DNA of 44,192 nucleotides from a virus (lineage: Duplodnaviria; Caudoviricetes): the IMG/VR virus record IMGVR_UViG_3300048074_000029, positions 1 through 44,192 of that record. One strand, 5' to 3'. A model generated the notes under the pieces. It was not told the origin of the DNA and did no database searches. It was given only the letters and a program-made list of their open reading frames with translations. The translations under genes were made by a program, and so were the position numbers. This document shows positions 26,301 to 38,100 of the stretch, one piece after another. Numbering within the stretch: the first letter of the stretch is position 1; each line of letters starts with the position of its first letter.

Positions 26301-26983
26301 TGTTCATGTTTTGGGCCATGCTCGGCGCCTCGGTCCTCCAGGCGGCGGGCGGCGTCATCGGCCGAGCCCAGGAGCGCAAGAACGCGAAGGCTGAAATAGA
26401 CCAGAAGCTGAAGGAGTTGAACCTCGAATCCGCCCAGGGTGTGACGAGCCTGGAGAACCAGAAGATCTCCGACAAGGCTCAGGCCGACGCCGCCGCGATG
26501 CAGATCGGCAACGAGACCCGGACCGGCCAGCTCGCCGCGCGCGACAACCTCCTCGGGATGCAGGCCGAAGGCAAGCAGGCGGCCGGGAACCTCGCGGCGG
26601 GCATGGCGGCCGGGGGGCTGGAGAGCGGGACCACCGTCCAGGACGTACTCAACCAGAACATCCAGACCGCCGTCAACCAGGAGCGCGAGCGGATCGGTGT
26701 CGCGAGCTCGGGCGCGAACATGAGAATCGACGAGATGCGCCGGAGCTTCCAGCCCGGCAGCGCGTACATGAACCTGTACGAGTCGAAGAAGGATTCGATC
26801 CTCCAGGGCGCCGCGATGCAGAAATCCTTCCTGGAGGATCAGCGGGACTCGTACAACTACGACCTGAATTGGTTCGCCCAGGACCTCTTCGACGTGGTCG
26901 GCACCGCGGCGAATTTCGCCGCCAAGGGCTACGAAAATAAATGGTGGGGGTTCTCGCTCCCCACAAAAGAGGATAAGAAATAA
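26300..26983 (+). CDS. Internal virion (ejection) protein
   Basis: Hydrophobic Gly/Ala N-terminus, AGMAAGGLESG motif; position after the nozzle. Confidence 0.7.
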   Translation: MFMFWAMLGASVLQAAGGVIGRAQERKNAKAEIDQKLKELNLESAQGVTSLENQKISDKAQADAAAMQIGNETRTGQLAARDNLLGMQAEGKQAAGNLAAGMAAGGLESGTTVQDVLNQNIQTAVNQERERIGVASSGANMRIDEMRRSFQPGSAYMNLYESKKDSILQGAAMQKSFLEDQRDSYNYDLNWFAQDLFDVVGTAANFAAKGYENKWWGFSLPTKEDKK

Positions 26984-29148
26984 TGGCCCGCTTCGCCCCC
27001 GGCAACCTCGGCCAGACCATGCAGCGCGCGGGCGCCGCGCTCGGGAACCTCGGGCAGACCGTCTTCGACATCGAGGCCGAGGAGCAGTTCCGGACCGGGC
27101 GCCTCGCCCTCGTCTCGAGCCTCGAGAAGTTCAAGCAATCCCTATGGCAGGACCCGGACTACGGCACCCCCGGCCAGGGCGACGGCTACGTCGGCAAGTT
27201 CCAGGAGTTTATGCAGGGCACCAAGGGCCAGCCCGGCGCGGTCGGCGCGACGATCAGCGGCCTGTCGAACGTAATGGCTCAGGGGAAGCTCGACGAGTAC
27301 GCCAAACAGCTCGAGCTCGAGCAGGGCGCGGAGATAGAAGAGCTTCAGTTCAAAAAGTGGGCGGTCGGCACGGTAGCGAAGAGCGACAAGCGCATCCTGA
27401 CGCTCGCCGACTCCCTCTCGGGGCAACAGTTTTTTGACGCCATGGCCGACGAGCTCGAGACCCAGCGCGGGCACAACCTCATCGACGAGCCCGAGTACGA
27501 ACGCAAGGCGTATGAGTTTTCGCAGGTCGCCATTAAGAAAGGGCTGAAGAAGGGCGCCCTCGCTGCGATGGACTCGGCCGCCGATCCATTCGAGGGCTAC
27601 GCCGCGGCGATGAAGTATATCGGCGAGAATTCCGAATCCTTCACCGCCGGCGGGGGAACGTTCACCGCCGGCGAACAGGTCCGGGAAGCCGTCTCGACCG
27701 ACGTAAAGGCCGAGTACGCCATGCGCGAGGCCGCCTTCCAGAAGCGCGGCGAGGAGTTCCTATCCTCCTACCAGACCCAGCTCGACACCGACCCGGAATC
27801 GATCATCTCCGACGTGTCCGCCGAACTAGCGAAGATCGAGGGCCAGAACATCCCAAAGGCCGCCAAGGATAAGGCGACCATGGCCTTGTGGAATCACAAC
27901 GGCGATGCGCTTTACTCCTATAGCTCCAATCGAATCTCGAGCGCTCAGACCCTCGGCGACCTCACCGGGACGCTTCAGTTCCTCCAGGATTCCGGGGCGC
28001 TCTGGCAGGGCAAGCGCCAAGAGCAGGACCGCGCCAGCCTCATCTCGCAGGTCCGCGGGTTGATCGCAGAGCGGGAGCGCGCTGGCGCCGGCGGAGACGA
28101 CAAGGACGTGAAGAAAGCCACGTACGGCATGAAAATCCTGAACGCCAAAGAATCCGTACTTCGGAAGGATATGCCCTCGGAAGAACTCAAGCGCGGGGCT
28201 CGGGTCGAGATCATGGGCTACGGATGGGAAGCCGCTAGCCTCGGGATCGACATCTCCTCCGACATCAACTCGGCGCTCAAGGAGCTTGGAGTAATCACGC
28301 CAAAGGTTGCCGCATCGCTAGACGCGTACGAGGCCATGTACCTGAAGGCCGTTTTCCCTGGGGACAAGGCTCCCGATAAGAAAAAGTTAAGCATTCAGCA
28401 AAACCAAGAACTCGTCAACTTCACTGACACTATCCTCCGCATGGGCGACGAGGGGACAAAGAGGCAAGAAGAGATCGACGCCTACATCGAAGGGGCCCTT
28501 CGAGATCAGACGATAGGCGCCTTCAAAGCAATGCGCGAGGACAAGCTCGGCGGCACGACACTGACGACGGACACGATGCTCGACGCGGTCGGGCTCATCC
28601 AGAGCGGCAAGCTCGCGAACCAGATGCCTGTGGTCGCCGGCCGCCGGATGGTCAACCCGACGATCGACGCGAACGTCAAGAAGGCCGAGGACTACATGGG
28701 CGGCGAGATCGTGAAGCTCGGCTTCACCGATATCACGCCGAAGCCGCAGCCGGACGGGTCCTACGAGTTCGCCGCGAAGCGCCCGGGTCTCGCCCAGCCA
28801 TACCGCCTGAAGCCGCAGATCGACCAGGAGACCGGGAAGATGGTCCTCCAGGAATACATCCAGTCGCGGAAGGCATGGGAGACTTGGAAGAACCCCGCCA
28901 CGGGAGCCGCGGTCCAGATCACCCCGAAGGCCGAGGCACCGCAAGAGAAGGACCGCGAGGAGATCAAGAAGATCGTCTCCACCGGAGGAGATGACCCCGC
29001 GATGATCGCCAACCAGTTTGTAAACGCAATCCTTGGCGGCCGACTGAACCTTCGGTCCGTCCTTACCGCCGGGCCTACCCTTGGAAAATTCGCCGACCTT
29101 CTGCCTCAGCTTGTCTCGGAAGAGTATGAGCGAAGGACTCAGCAGTGA
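26983..29148 (+). CDS. Internal virion (ejection) protein
   Basis: 721-aa helical protein between the small and giant ejection proteins. Confidence 0.7.
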   Translation: MARFAPGNLGQTMQRAGAALGNLGQTVFDIEAEEQFRTGRLALVSSLEKFKQSLWQDPDYGTPGQGDGYVGKFQEFMQGTKGQPGAVGATISGLSNVMAQGKLDEYAKQLELEQGAEIEELQFKKWAVGTVAKSDKRILTLADSLSGQQFFDAMADELETQRGHNLIDEPEYERKAYEFSQVAIKKGLKKGALAAMDSAADPFEGYAAAMKYIGENSESFTAGGGTFTAGEQVREAVSTDVKAEYAMREAAFQKRGEEFLSSYQTQLDTDPESIISDVSAELAKIEGQNIPKAAKDKATMALWNHNGDALYSYSSNRISSAQTLGDLTGTLQFLQDSGALWQGKRQEQDRASLISQVRGLIAERERAGAGGDDKDVKKATYGMKILNAKESVLRKDMPSEELKRGARVEIMGYGWEAASLGIDISSDINSALKELGVITPKVAASLDAYEAMYLKAVFPGDKAPDKKKLSIQQNQELVNFTDTILRMGDEGTKRQEEIDAYIEGALRDQTIGAFKAMREDKLGGTTLTTDTMLDAVGLIQSGKLANQMPVVAGRRMVNPTIDANVKKAEDYMGGEIVKLGFTDITPKPQPDGSYEFAAKRPGLAQPYRLKPQIDQETGKMVLQEYIQSRKAWETWKNPATGAAVQITPKAEAPQEKDREEIKKIVSTGGDDPAMIANQFVNAILGGRLNLRSVLTAGPTLGKFADLLPQLVSEEYERRTQQ

Positions 29149-32100
29149 GCGATCCCTACGAGACCCCGCTCTCGCGCTTCGAGGAGGGCGAATTCCAGAA
29201 GTGGAAGCAGAAGTACGCCCCGAACGACTCCGGCTTCGACTACGACCTCCGCGGCGCCTTCAAGGCCGGGGTCACCCCCGACCCGGCGACGGGCAAGTGG
29301 CCGGACACCTTCAAGAAGCCGAGCAACCCGACCTTCTCCGCCGGGAGCCAGTACAGCACGCTCGCCCCGCCCGCCGAACCGAAACCCGCCGCTTCCCCCA
29401 TCCCCGCCCCGCCCTCCGCGGGCGCGGCCCTCGCACAGGGGAAGGCAGCCGCGCTCTCCGCCGACAGGGCGCCGGGCGCCGCCGGCGCCGCGCTCGCGCA
29501 GGGGAAGGCACAGGCCCAGGCCGCCGAGGAGCCGTACAAGGAATTCGCCGTCCAGCATCCGGACCTGATCGATATCGACCCGGCCGAGTACGACCTCATC
29601 AAGCAGCACGCTCTCGCCGCGAACCCGGACAACCCGGAAGACGAGCTCTATAAATGGGGCACGGCGTTCGCCTTCTCGAAGATCATCCCAGGCACCCAAC
29701 CCGAAGACCTGATCGGCCAGGTCGACAAGCTCACCGAATGGTACACGGGCAAGAGCCAGACCCCGAAGTCGAACTACCGAGCCGTTGCGGACTCATGGCG
29801 GCTCGGCGAGGCCATGTCGAAGTACAACAACCTCGGCGACGACCTCGGAACTCTCGAGGCTCAGCTCGAGGACGCGCTCTCGTCCGGCGACCACCAGGCG
29901 TATTATGCCCTCGTCCCGCAGATCGAAAAGATCAATAAGGACATGGCCGATCAGTACCAGTTCATGGGCCAGCTCGAGGACGCCTACCCCCGGCCGCTCG
30001 GGATTGACCTTCTGAAGGCGGCCGCCGTCTCCGCGCCGTTTACGCTCAAAGCGGTAGTCTCGGGCGCCGCCGCTGGCGCCGTGACGGGCGGGCTCGGAGG
30101 CGGAGCGGCTCTTGTCGGGCTCGTGGCAAAACTCGCCTCGTCCGCCGCGACCATTAAGGAGATAGCGGGCGCCTCGTACCTCGCCCTCCGGGAGTCCGGG
30201 GTCAACCCGCGGCTGGCGCGGGACCTGTCGTCCTTCCTCGACGCCCCCCTCCAGTCCGCTATCGAAACCTCCCTCGGCGAGACCGCGGGCTACCTCGGGC
30301 GCTTCGCTGGAGTCGGGAACCTGTCGGCGAAAGTCGCGCGGCGCATGATAACCCAAGGGACGTGGGGCGCGGTCGGGGCTTCGATCTACCAATACGCGAC
30401 GGGGATCGGCGGGGAGGGCGCGGAAAACCTTCTCCAAGGGCTTTCGACCAATGGAATGAAGGCTATCGCGTCCGTCCTCCAAGAGGAAGGCGTCGAACTT
30501 CCAACGGCCGAAGCGGTCGCCCGTCAAGCGTGGAGCGACTTCTCCACCGGCGTCCAGGGCGCAATCGTACTCGGCGGCCCCGGCCTTGTGATCGACATAA
30601 AGCGCAACGTCCGTGCGGCGGACACTGTCCAGGCCACGAAGAAGGCCCTCGCCACCGAGGAGAAGCCGGAGGCCACCCCGGAGCCCGTCGCAGTCGACGC
30701 CGCAGCTTTCGCCAATCGCGCAGCCGAGCCCCTGCCCGCCGGGACCGTTATCCAGGCCCGCGAGGAGATCGAGGGCGAGCAGTACATCTTGAAGGCCGGG
30801 AATAAGGACTCCGGGGAGCGCGCCGGCTTCGTCCGCTACGAGCTCGACCCGGAGACGCAGACCGCGCGGATCCTCGGATTCGAGAAGGCGGAGCCGAACG
30901 TGCAGGCGTTCCTCGTCCGGGGCCTGGCCGCGCGGCTGCCGGGCTGGAACATCGAGATGGAGCCGAAGACCGGGAGCCAGACCGCCCTCCGGGACTACCT
31001 CATCGCGCAGAACCCCCGCGGCCCGGAGGCGGGCCTTCAGTACAACGAGGCGCCGGCGGCCCGCGTGGACCGCGTGACCGAGGACTACGTGCGCGAGCGG
31101 CTCCAGGAGGTCGCCCCGGGCTGGCAGAAGCCGGACGTGGACCTCGCCGTGAAGGTCCTCCCCATGTGGGCCCGTCGAATGGGCATGACCGGCTCGGAGC
31201 TCGCGGACGCGGCGCTCTCCCGAAACGTGTTCGGCCAGGTGTACAACAAGTCCGCGGCCGCCCAGGCCGAGGGCCCCATCCCCGCCGGCGCGTTCCTCCC
31301 GGTTCGCGAGGGCGAATGGACCCGCGGGCTGATCGACATGGCGCCCAAGGCCAACCCGTCGACCGCGATCCACGAAATGACCCACGCCGTCGTCAACTTC
31401 GCCCGCCAGGCCCGCGAGACCCCCCAGGTCGCGCAGTTCCTCCAGGAGCTCGAGGGGGCCCTCGGCGTCGAGAACGGCAACTGGGAAGCGGAATTCGCCG
31501 GATGGACCGAGGAGTACGCCCCGGCGCGGAACATCGAGAAGACGCGCCAGGACCGCCCTCTCTCGCTTTCCTACCTCGAGGCCCTGACCTACGGCCTCGA
31601 GGACTACTTCGTCACCGGTAAGGCCCCGAAGCCGGAACTCGAGGGGCTCTTCCGCAAGCTCGCCCAGTGGATCCTCGACATCTACGAGGGCATGAAGGGC
31701 GCTCGCGTGAAGATGAGCCCCGAGATGACGGCCTACTTCGACGACCTTATCGGCGGGGAGGGATCGCCCTTCCTTGAAGGCAAGGCGGGCCGTAGCGAGG
31801 CCGACCTCGCTATCCGCGACCGCGAGCTCGGCCAAATACCCCCGGACGCGCTGGAGGCCCAGGAAGGCGCCCCCGCGGCCGCGCGCGAGGAGCGCCGCGG
31901 CATCGCTGGAGCACGTAGAGACCTGTCCTCCGCGCGCGAGCGCATCGCTGCCGGCGAGGACGCCGAGGCGGTCGCACGTGAAACAGGATGGCGCGAGCAG
32001 AACGGCGAATGGCGCCAGGACCGCGCTTTCCAGAGCGCCCCTGAGTACGAGACCGACGAGCGCGAGCGCGCGGTCCAGGAGGGCAAAAGCGCCGAGGGCG

Positions 32101-35100
32101 CGCCGGAGCCCCTCGGCCCCGCGGTCTTCACCGAGAAGGCGTACCCGGCCGAGCCCGAGCAACTCTACCAGGGCGAGGCGGAGCGGGCCGATACGTCGAG
32201 CCCGGAATTCCGCGCGTGGTTCGGCGACTCGACGGTGGTCGACAAGGCCGGTGCGCCTCTCGTCGTCTACCACGGAACGGGCTCAGTGTTCGACGCGTTT
32301 GATCCCACAAAAGCCCGAGACATCGGCATGCATTTTGGGACGAAAAGCCAGGCAAAGAAATTTTCAAATGATCCGGGCGCCTACTACCTTTCAGCGAACA
32401 CCGGCGAAGGAATACTCCCTGACGTATTCTCAAATAAAGATCTCCATTTCTCGGATATTGCCTATGAACTCTACGACGAAGATCTCATCACCATAGATCA
32501 ACGAAAGATCCTCGATGATAAATTTGATACCCCTTATTATCGCGACATGCGAGATCGTGCCACATACGAGGATGATAGGGACGGAGGCGATTTCTGGGAA
32601 GAATACCAAAAAGAACAACGCAACTTCTGGGAGGCCGCAAAGGCTTTGCTTCTCGAAAATGGCGTAACCGGCATCAAGTATGAAAACAAATTTGAAGGGA
32701 GAGGTTATTCTTATGTAGTCTTCTCTCCCTCCCAGATTAAGAGCGTCTTCAACCGCGGGACGTGGGATCCGAACGACCCGCGGATACTCTACCAGTTCGA
32801 TTGGGGCCGGAAGATCCCCACCGAGGAAGGCGCCGGCCAGGCCGCGGTCGATGCGCTACTCGAGGCGAAGTACGGATACGCCGGCCGGATCATCTATCGC
32901 CCGGAGGTCGGATGGCTCGACCTGCCATGGGGCAACATGGGAAATATCGACAAGGACTTCGCGGGCGGAGCCGGGCTTGAGCACATTTGGAAGAAGCACG
33001 AGGAGACCGACCACGTCATCAGCCAGATCGCCAAAATAGCGCAGTACGGCAGGATGGAGGCCGAGCCGGGAAGAAATGATCGGCGGCGTCTATTCATGGG
33101 CCCCTACCGGATGGTCATCCAGCTTGCCCGCGACAACGGAAAGCCCGCGCCGTGGATCGTGACCGCTTTCCTGGAGGAGAAGAAGAGAAAAGGGACGCTT
33201 GCGGCTGGTGGTAACGCGACCGACACAAGGGGTTATACCCCAAGCACCCCCAGCCAGCCCACGGGAACCGCGGGCCTCGCCTCGTCTATTCCCGAGGCTC
33301 TGCCTGGAGATGTCCCCCCAGGCGCCCCCGAGCGGACTCCCTCGGCGGGCAAGCGTAAGCTCATAGTACGCTCGAAACCCGCTCCCGGCAAGACGCTGGA
33401 CCAGAACGACATCAAGCCGCCCGAATCAGGCGGCGGGGCCCTCTTCCAGGGCGACCGCGGCGTCGGAACCGTCGTCTATACCTTCCCGGAGGACCTGAAG
33501 GGCTACTCGGATATCCACTCGCAGGCCCAGCTTCCCGCGAGCATGAACGTCTTCGGCCGCGGCGTTGTGGCCCCGTCCGGCGAGATTCGTCTCGGAAACG
33601 CTGGCAGCTCGCACGTCGGTCTCGCCTCGGGCCTTCAGGACGCGAAGCGGTTCTATTTCGGGTACTCCCGCGAGAAGAAGTCCGTCTACGTCGTCGCGAA
33701 GAACGGCATGGATACCGACTACCTCCAGAAACCGGCGGTGCTTCAGCGGATACTCTCGCAGGTCTTCGACCAGTACCATCTCTCCGTGGCCGGGCGGCTT
33801 CAGTTCGCGGACGCGCTCTTCCAGGGGGAGGCAGAGGAGATCGGCGACCTCGTGGCCGTCCACAACATCAACGCCTCGAAGCTCGCCTTCGCGGACAAGC
33901 TCGGCGGGCTGGCGATGCCGTCCCTCGCAGTCATCAATCGCAAGATCCCCTTCGAATCGTTCGGCGACATTACCCTAGTCGCCCCGAAGACGCGGATCGA
34001 TCCGAAGGTCAACCCGGGCGTAAAGGTGTTCAACGCGGATATCTACTCGCCCAGGTATCCGTCCCTCGAATATAAGATCGACGACAAGAAGCTCATGCCG
34101 ATCGCGGAGAAGATCGCCGATGCGCTCACGCCACTTTATGCAGAGCAAAACCGGAAGCCGAGCAAGTACACAATTGCCGAGAACCTAAAAGACCGATTCA
34201 ATCGCCACGGTCTCGAAGACATAGAATATGACCGGGACCTCGTCGCGTACTGGCGATCCGTAGTTGACAAACAAAAAAGTGCAAAAAAGAAGCTGGTCGA
34301 TTATAAAATCCAGACAGGATCAGAAGAGGAACGATTTATCGTATGGGCGAAAGAAACCTTTGCCCCGCTCCTCGATAATCCCCAGATGTTCAAGGGCTAC
34401 ACGAACGCCGGGAACCGCCGGTATGCCCCGTACACCCTTGAAAACGTCGCCGCGGAGATGAAAAAGGCGGGACTCCAGGGAGGCGAAGGATTCAACTACG
34501 GGCTCCCATCCATCCGCGCGGTCGTCGCCAAGGAGTATAAGTCTCTCGAGGTGATGAAGAAGGACAAGAACAAAATCCTGTCCGACGAGGACTTCGAGAA
34601 AGCGAAAGAGGCGACGGGCACTCTATTTGACGAAATACTGACCCTCGCAGGGGGCAACTCCTCGCGCTTCGTGGACAACCTGATCGAGGGGATACGGCGC
34701 AAGAACATCCGCGCCGAGCTCGAAGAGTTCGGATTCCCCGGCCTGACAGACGAGACCTACGAGAAGATCAATATCCTCATCCAGGTCCTCCGCGACATGC
34801 CGACCGAATACTTCGAGGCCAAGATCAAGGGGACGCTCTCGCTCCAGTCGTTCTATGGGGCCGTCATCCCGCAGTCAGCAGACGCGAAGACCCGCGAGAT
34901 TCTCGACCGCAACGGCATCCGAATCGAGGAGTACAAGGACCGGGACAAGCAGGACCGCGCCGCGGCGATCACGCGCCTCGCTATGGCCCTCGGGCCCGTA
35001 GACATCCTCTTCCAGGGCGAGGCCCTCGCCGACTCCCAGACGCGCATGTTCCAGGGCGACGGCGGCGACGAGGTCGGCGTCTCGACCCTGAAGGACATCG

Positions 35101-38100
35101 CCCGGAGCTTCCCCTCGTGGGAGGAGTTCGCCGCGTTCATCGACGGGACGGACTTCCACGATGCGGACGAGCCCCAGGACCTCGGCCCCGCCGCGCGGAT
35201 GGAGTGGTTTAAGGCCGCATGGCAGGCCGCCCGCGAGCAGAAGCCCGTGGACCTCGAGGACTGGACCCGCCGTCTCGAGGCGGACAACTACTCGGGCCTC
35301 ATCGACTTCCTCGAGGGAATTTGGAACGAGATCCTCCTGCCCTCCTCCATGCGCGACCTTCAGGCCGAGGACATGGAGGGCGTCGATCGGATGCGGGAGA
35401 TGAAGGGCGAGCTCGCCGAGACCATCGTCGCGGGCGCGCAGCGCGTCGGGACCGGGCGGCGAGACTTCGACCCGCGCTTCCTGCGGTCCCTGGCTGGCAC
35501 GATCCGCAAGAACCCGGAGGAGTACGCCCGCATCTACGGCGAGGTCATGGCCCAGCCCGAGATCGGCAAGCTCGGGGCGGCGCGGGAGCGCGAGAAGTAC
35601 GCCGACATCAAGGACCCGAAGATATTCGAGCGAATGAGCATTTCGCAGAAAGCCGTCCTTCGCGAGCGGATCAAGGACGAAGAATTCGGCGCGGCCATCA
35701 TGTCCGGGAAAGTCCAGATGGACGAGAAGGCCCTCGAGCACATCAAGAAAATGGCGGCCGACCAGAAGGCCGCGAAGAAGAAGATCGCCGCGCTCGAGAG
35801 CGAGCTGAAGGCGGCCGAGGGCGGGCTCTCCGCTTCCGAGCGCCGGCTCGCGGCCGCGCGCGCCGAGGCCGCCCGGACGAGCCAGGAGATCGGCCGAACC
35901 CGGAAGCGGATCGAGCGCTTCCTCGCGAAGGGCCAGAAGGTCCCCCGTGGCTACGAGGAGAAGCTCAGGACCCAGGAGCAGCGGGCGAAGGCCCTCCGCT
36001 CCGCCCTCCAGCGCGCCGGCGACTTCGAGGCCCTGACCGCCCAGGCAAAGGCCCTGGACGCCCGGCTCGAGCGCATCGCGGCCGCCGAGTCGACCCCGGA
36101 TCTCCTCGCCCTCCGCTCCCGCCTCCAGTCCGAGCGCCGGGCCTTGGAGCCGAAGCTCGCGGCCGCCGGCGAGAAGTGGAATGACCTCCCGGGCCTCCAG
36201 ACCTACCTCGTGAAGGCCGAGGCCCTCGCCAAGGCCCAGGAGAAGTACCAGACCCGCGACGCCGAGCTCCGGGCCCGGAAGAAGCTCCGGGCCGAGTTTA
36301 CGCGGCTCTCGAATATCATCATGCTCGAGCGCCGACGCAAGCAGACCAAGGATAAGCCCGCAACGATCAACGTCACCCAGGCCAAGGCGATCGCGCAAAT
36401 ACAAGACCTCCTCGACCCGCACTTCCGATCCGAGAAGACGCAGGCGCAGATCGACCAGCTCCGCGCCGAGCTCGAGGCGAACCCGGAGCTCTCCCGCGAG
36501 ATCCCGAAGGAGTGGCTCCGCCGGGCAACGGCGAAGAACCTGAACGAGATGAGCCTCTCCGAGCTTGAGGACATGGCGCGAAAGGTCCAGAACCTCCGGG
36601 CCTTCGGTCGGGCCGTGAAGAAGGCGCGGGACCGGGAGCGCGCCGAGCGCGCCGAGCGCCTCGCCGCCGAGATTACCGCCACCATGCGCGGCGGCCGCGG
36701 CTTCAAGCCCCCGACCGGCTACGATCCGGAAAAGAGCTTCCTTGAGCGCTGGCGCGACCGGCTCCGGGGAACCGATTACGCCTGGCTCTCCATGCGCCGC
36801 TTCTCGAATTGGATGGATGGCGGGAAGGATGGCCTGAACGTTGAGATACTCCACCACGAGATGAACCGCCACTATAACGAGGAGATGCGGGGCATCGACC
36901 GCCGGACGGCCGCTATTCTGAAGGCGTTCGCCGACGCGGGCGTGAAGCCGGAGGACTGGTACGCGCAGACCGTGGACATCGTGGGGGCATTCCCGGGCGG
37001 CGCGACGAAGCCGCTGCGGAAGTCCGACCTCATGGCGCTCGAGATGGCCTTCCGCAACGAGGACAGCCGGGCCGCGGCCCTGTACGGATGCTTTTTCTCC
37101 GAGACCGAGCGCAAGGCCCACGGCCCCAAGAAGCAAGGCGGCGATGGCGACCTCGATTGGTTCGACGCCGAGGGGGCGAAGCGCTTCGAGGCCATCCGGA
37201 AGGCGATCGACTCCGTCCTCACCCCGGCCGACGAGCAAGTCCTCTTCGCCTTCGCCCTCGATGCTGAGTCCGCGGGCTCACGCCTGGCTGAGGTAGTCGC
37301 CGCGGTGGAGAATCGCATCTTCGCGTTTGTCCGCAATTACTTTCCCATTTTCCGCGTAAACGCCGTCAATGAGCCGACCGACGTGCAGATCACCGGGGAC
37401 GTGTTGAACCGGACCGCGGGCCTCCGCCGGCCGCCGAAGAACGGATTCACGAAGAGCCGGACCACGATCCCGCCGTGGAGCCAGACCGAGATTAAGCTGG
37501 ACCTCCTCACCACGTGGCTGTCGGCGATCCAGTCCCAGGAGCATTACCTCGCGACGGCCGAGTACGCGAAGAAGCTGGACGCGGTCTACACGAACGAGCT
37601 CATGCGCGAGCACATCCGCGGGCTCCTCGGGGATCCGGGCGTCGAGTACGTCAAGGAGTACATCACCGAGGTCAAGAATCCGGGCAGTAACCAGAACGTC
37701 AAGCGCTGGGATCAGGCGATCCGGTACCTCCGCGGCAACCTCGGCGCCGCTTATCTCACCTTTCGCGCCTCCTCGACCTTGAAGCAGATCCTCACGAATG
37801 GCTGGGCGTCCCTGCCCTACGCGGGCCCGCGCGTGCTCTCCGAGTCATTCAAGTGCATGGCAAACCCGGTGAAGTATCTCCATGAGACCGAGGCATTGAG
37901 TACATACCTAAAGCACCGAACGCGAGACCTTTCCTATCAGGCAATTAAGGACGCGAAGGCGGCCTCGGGCCCAGCAAAGGCGCTCCTTGCGGCGGAAAAA
38001 ATCGGCGTGAGGGGCCTCGAGCTGGCCGACCGCTTCCCAGTGGCGATCGCTTGGAGGGCGTGCTTCGAGAAGGCCCTCGTCGAGTTCAAGGGCGACGAGG

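Noticed and set aside
29793-37238. Long minus-strand ORFs (826 aa, 787 aa) and similar antisense ORFs elsewhere
   Set aside because: Shadow frames of high-GC coding sequence with no motifs or RBS
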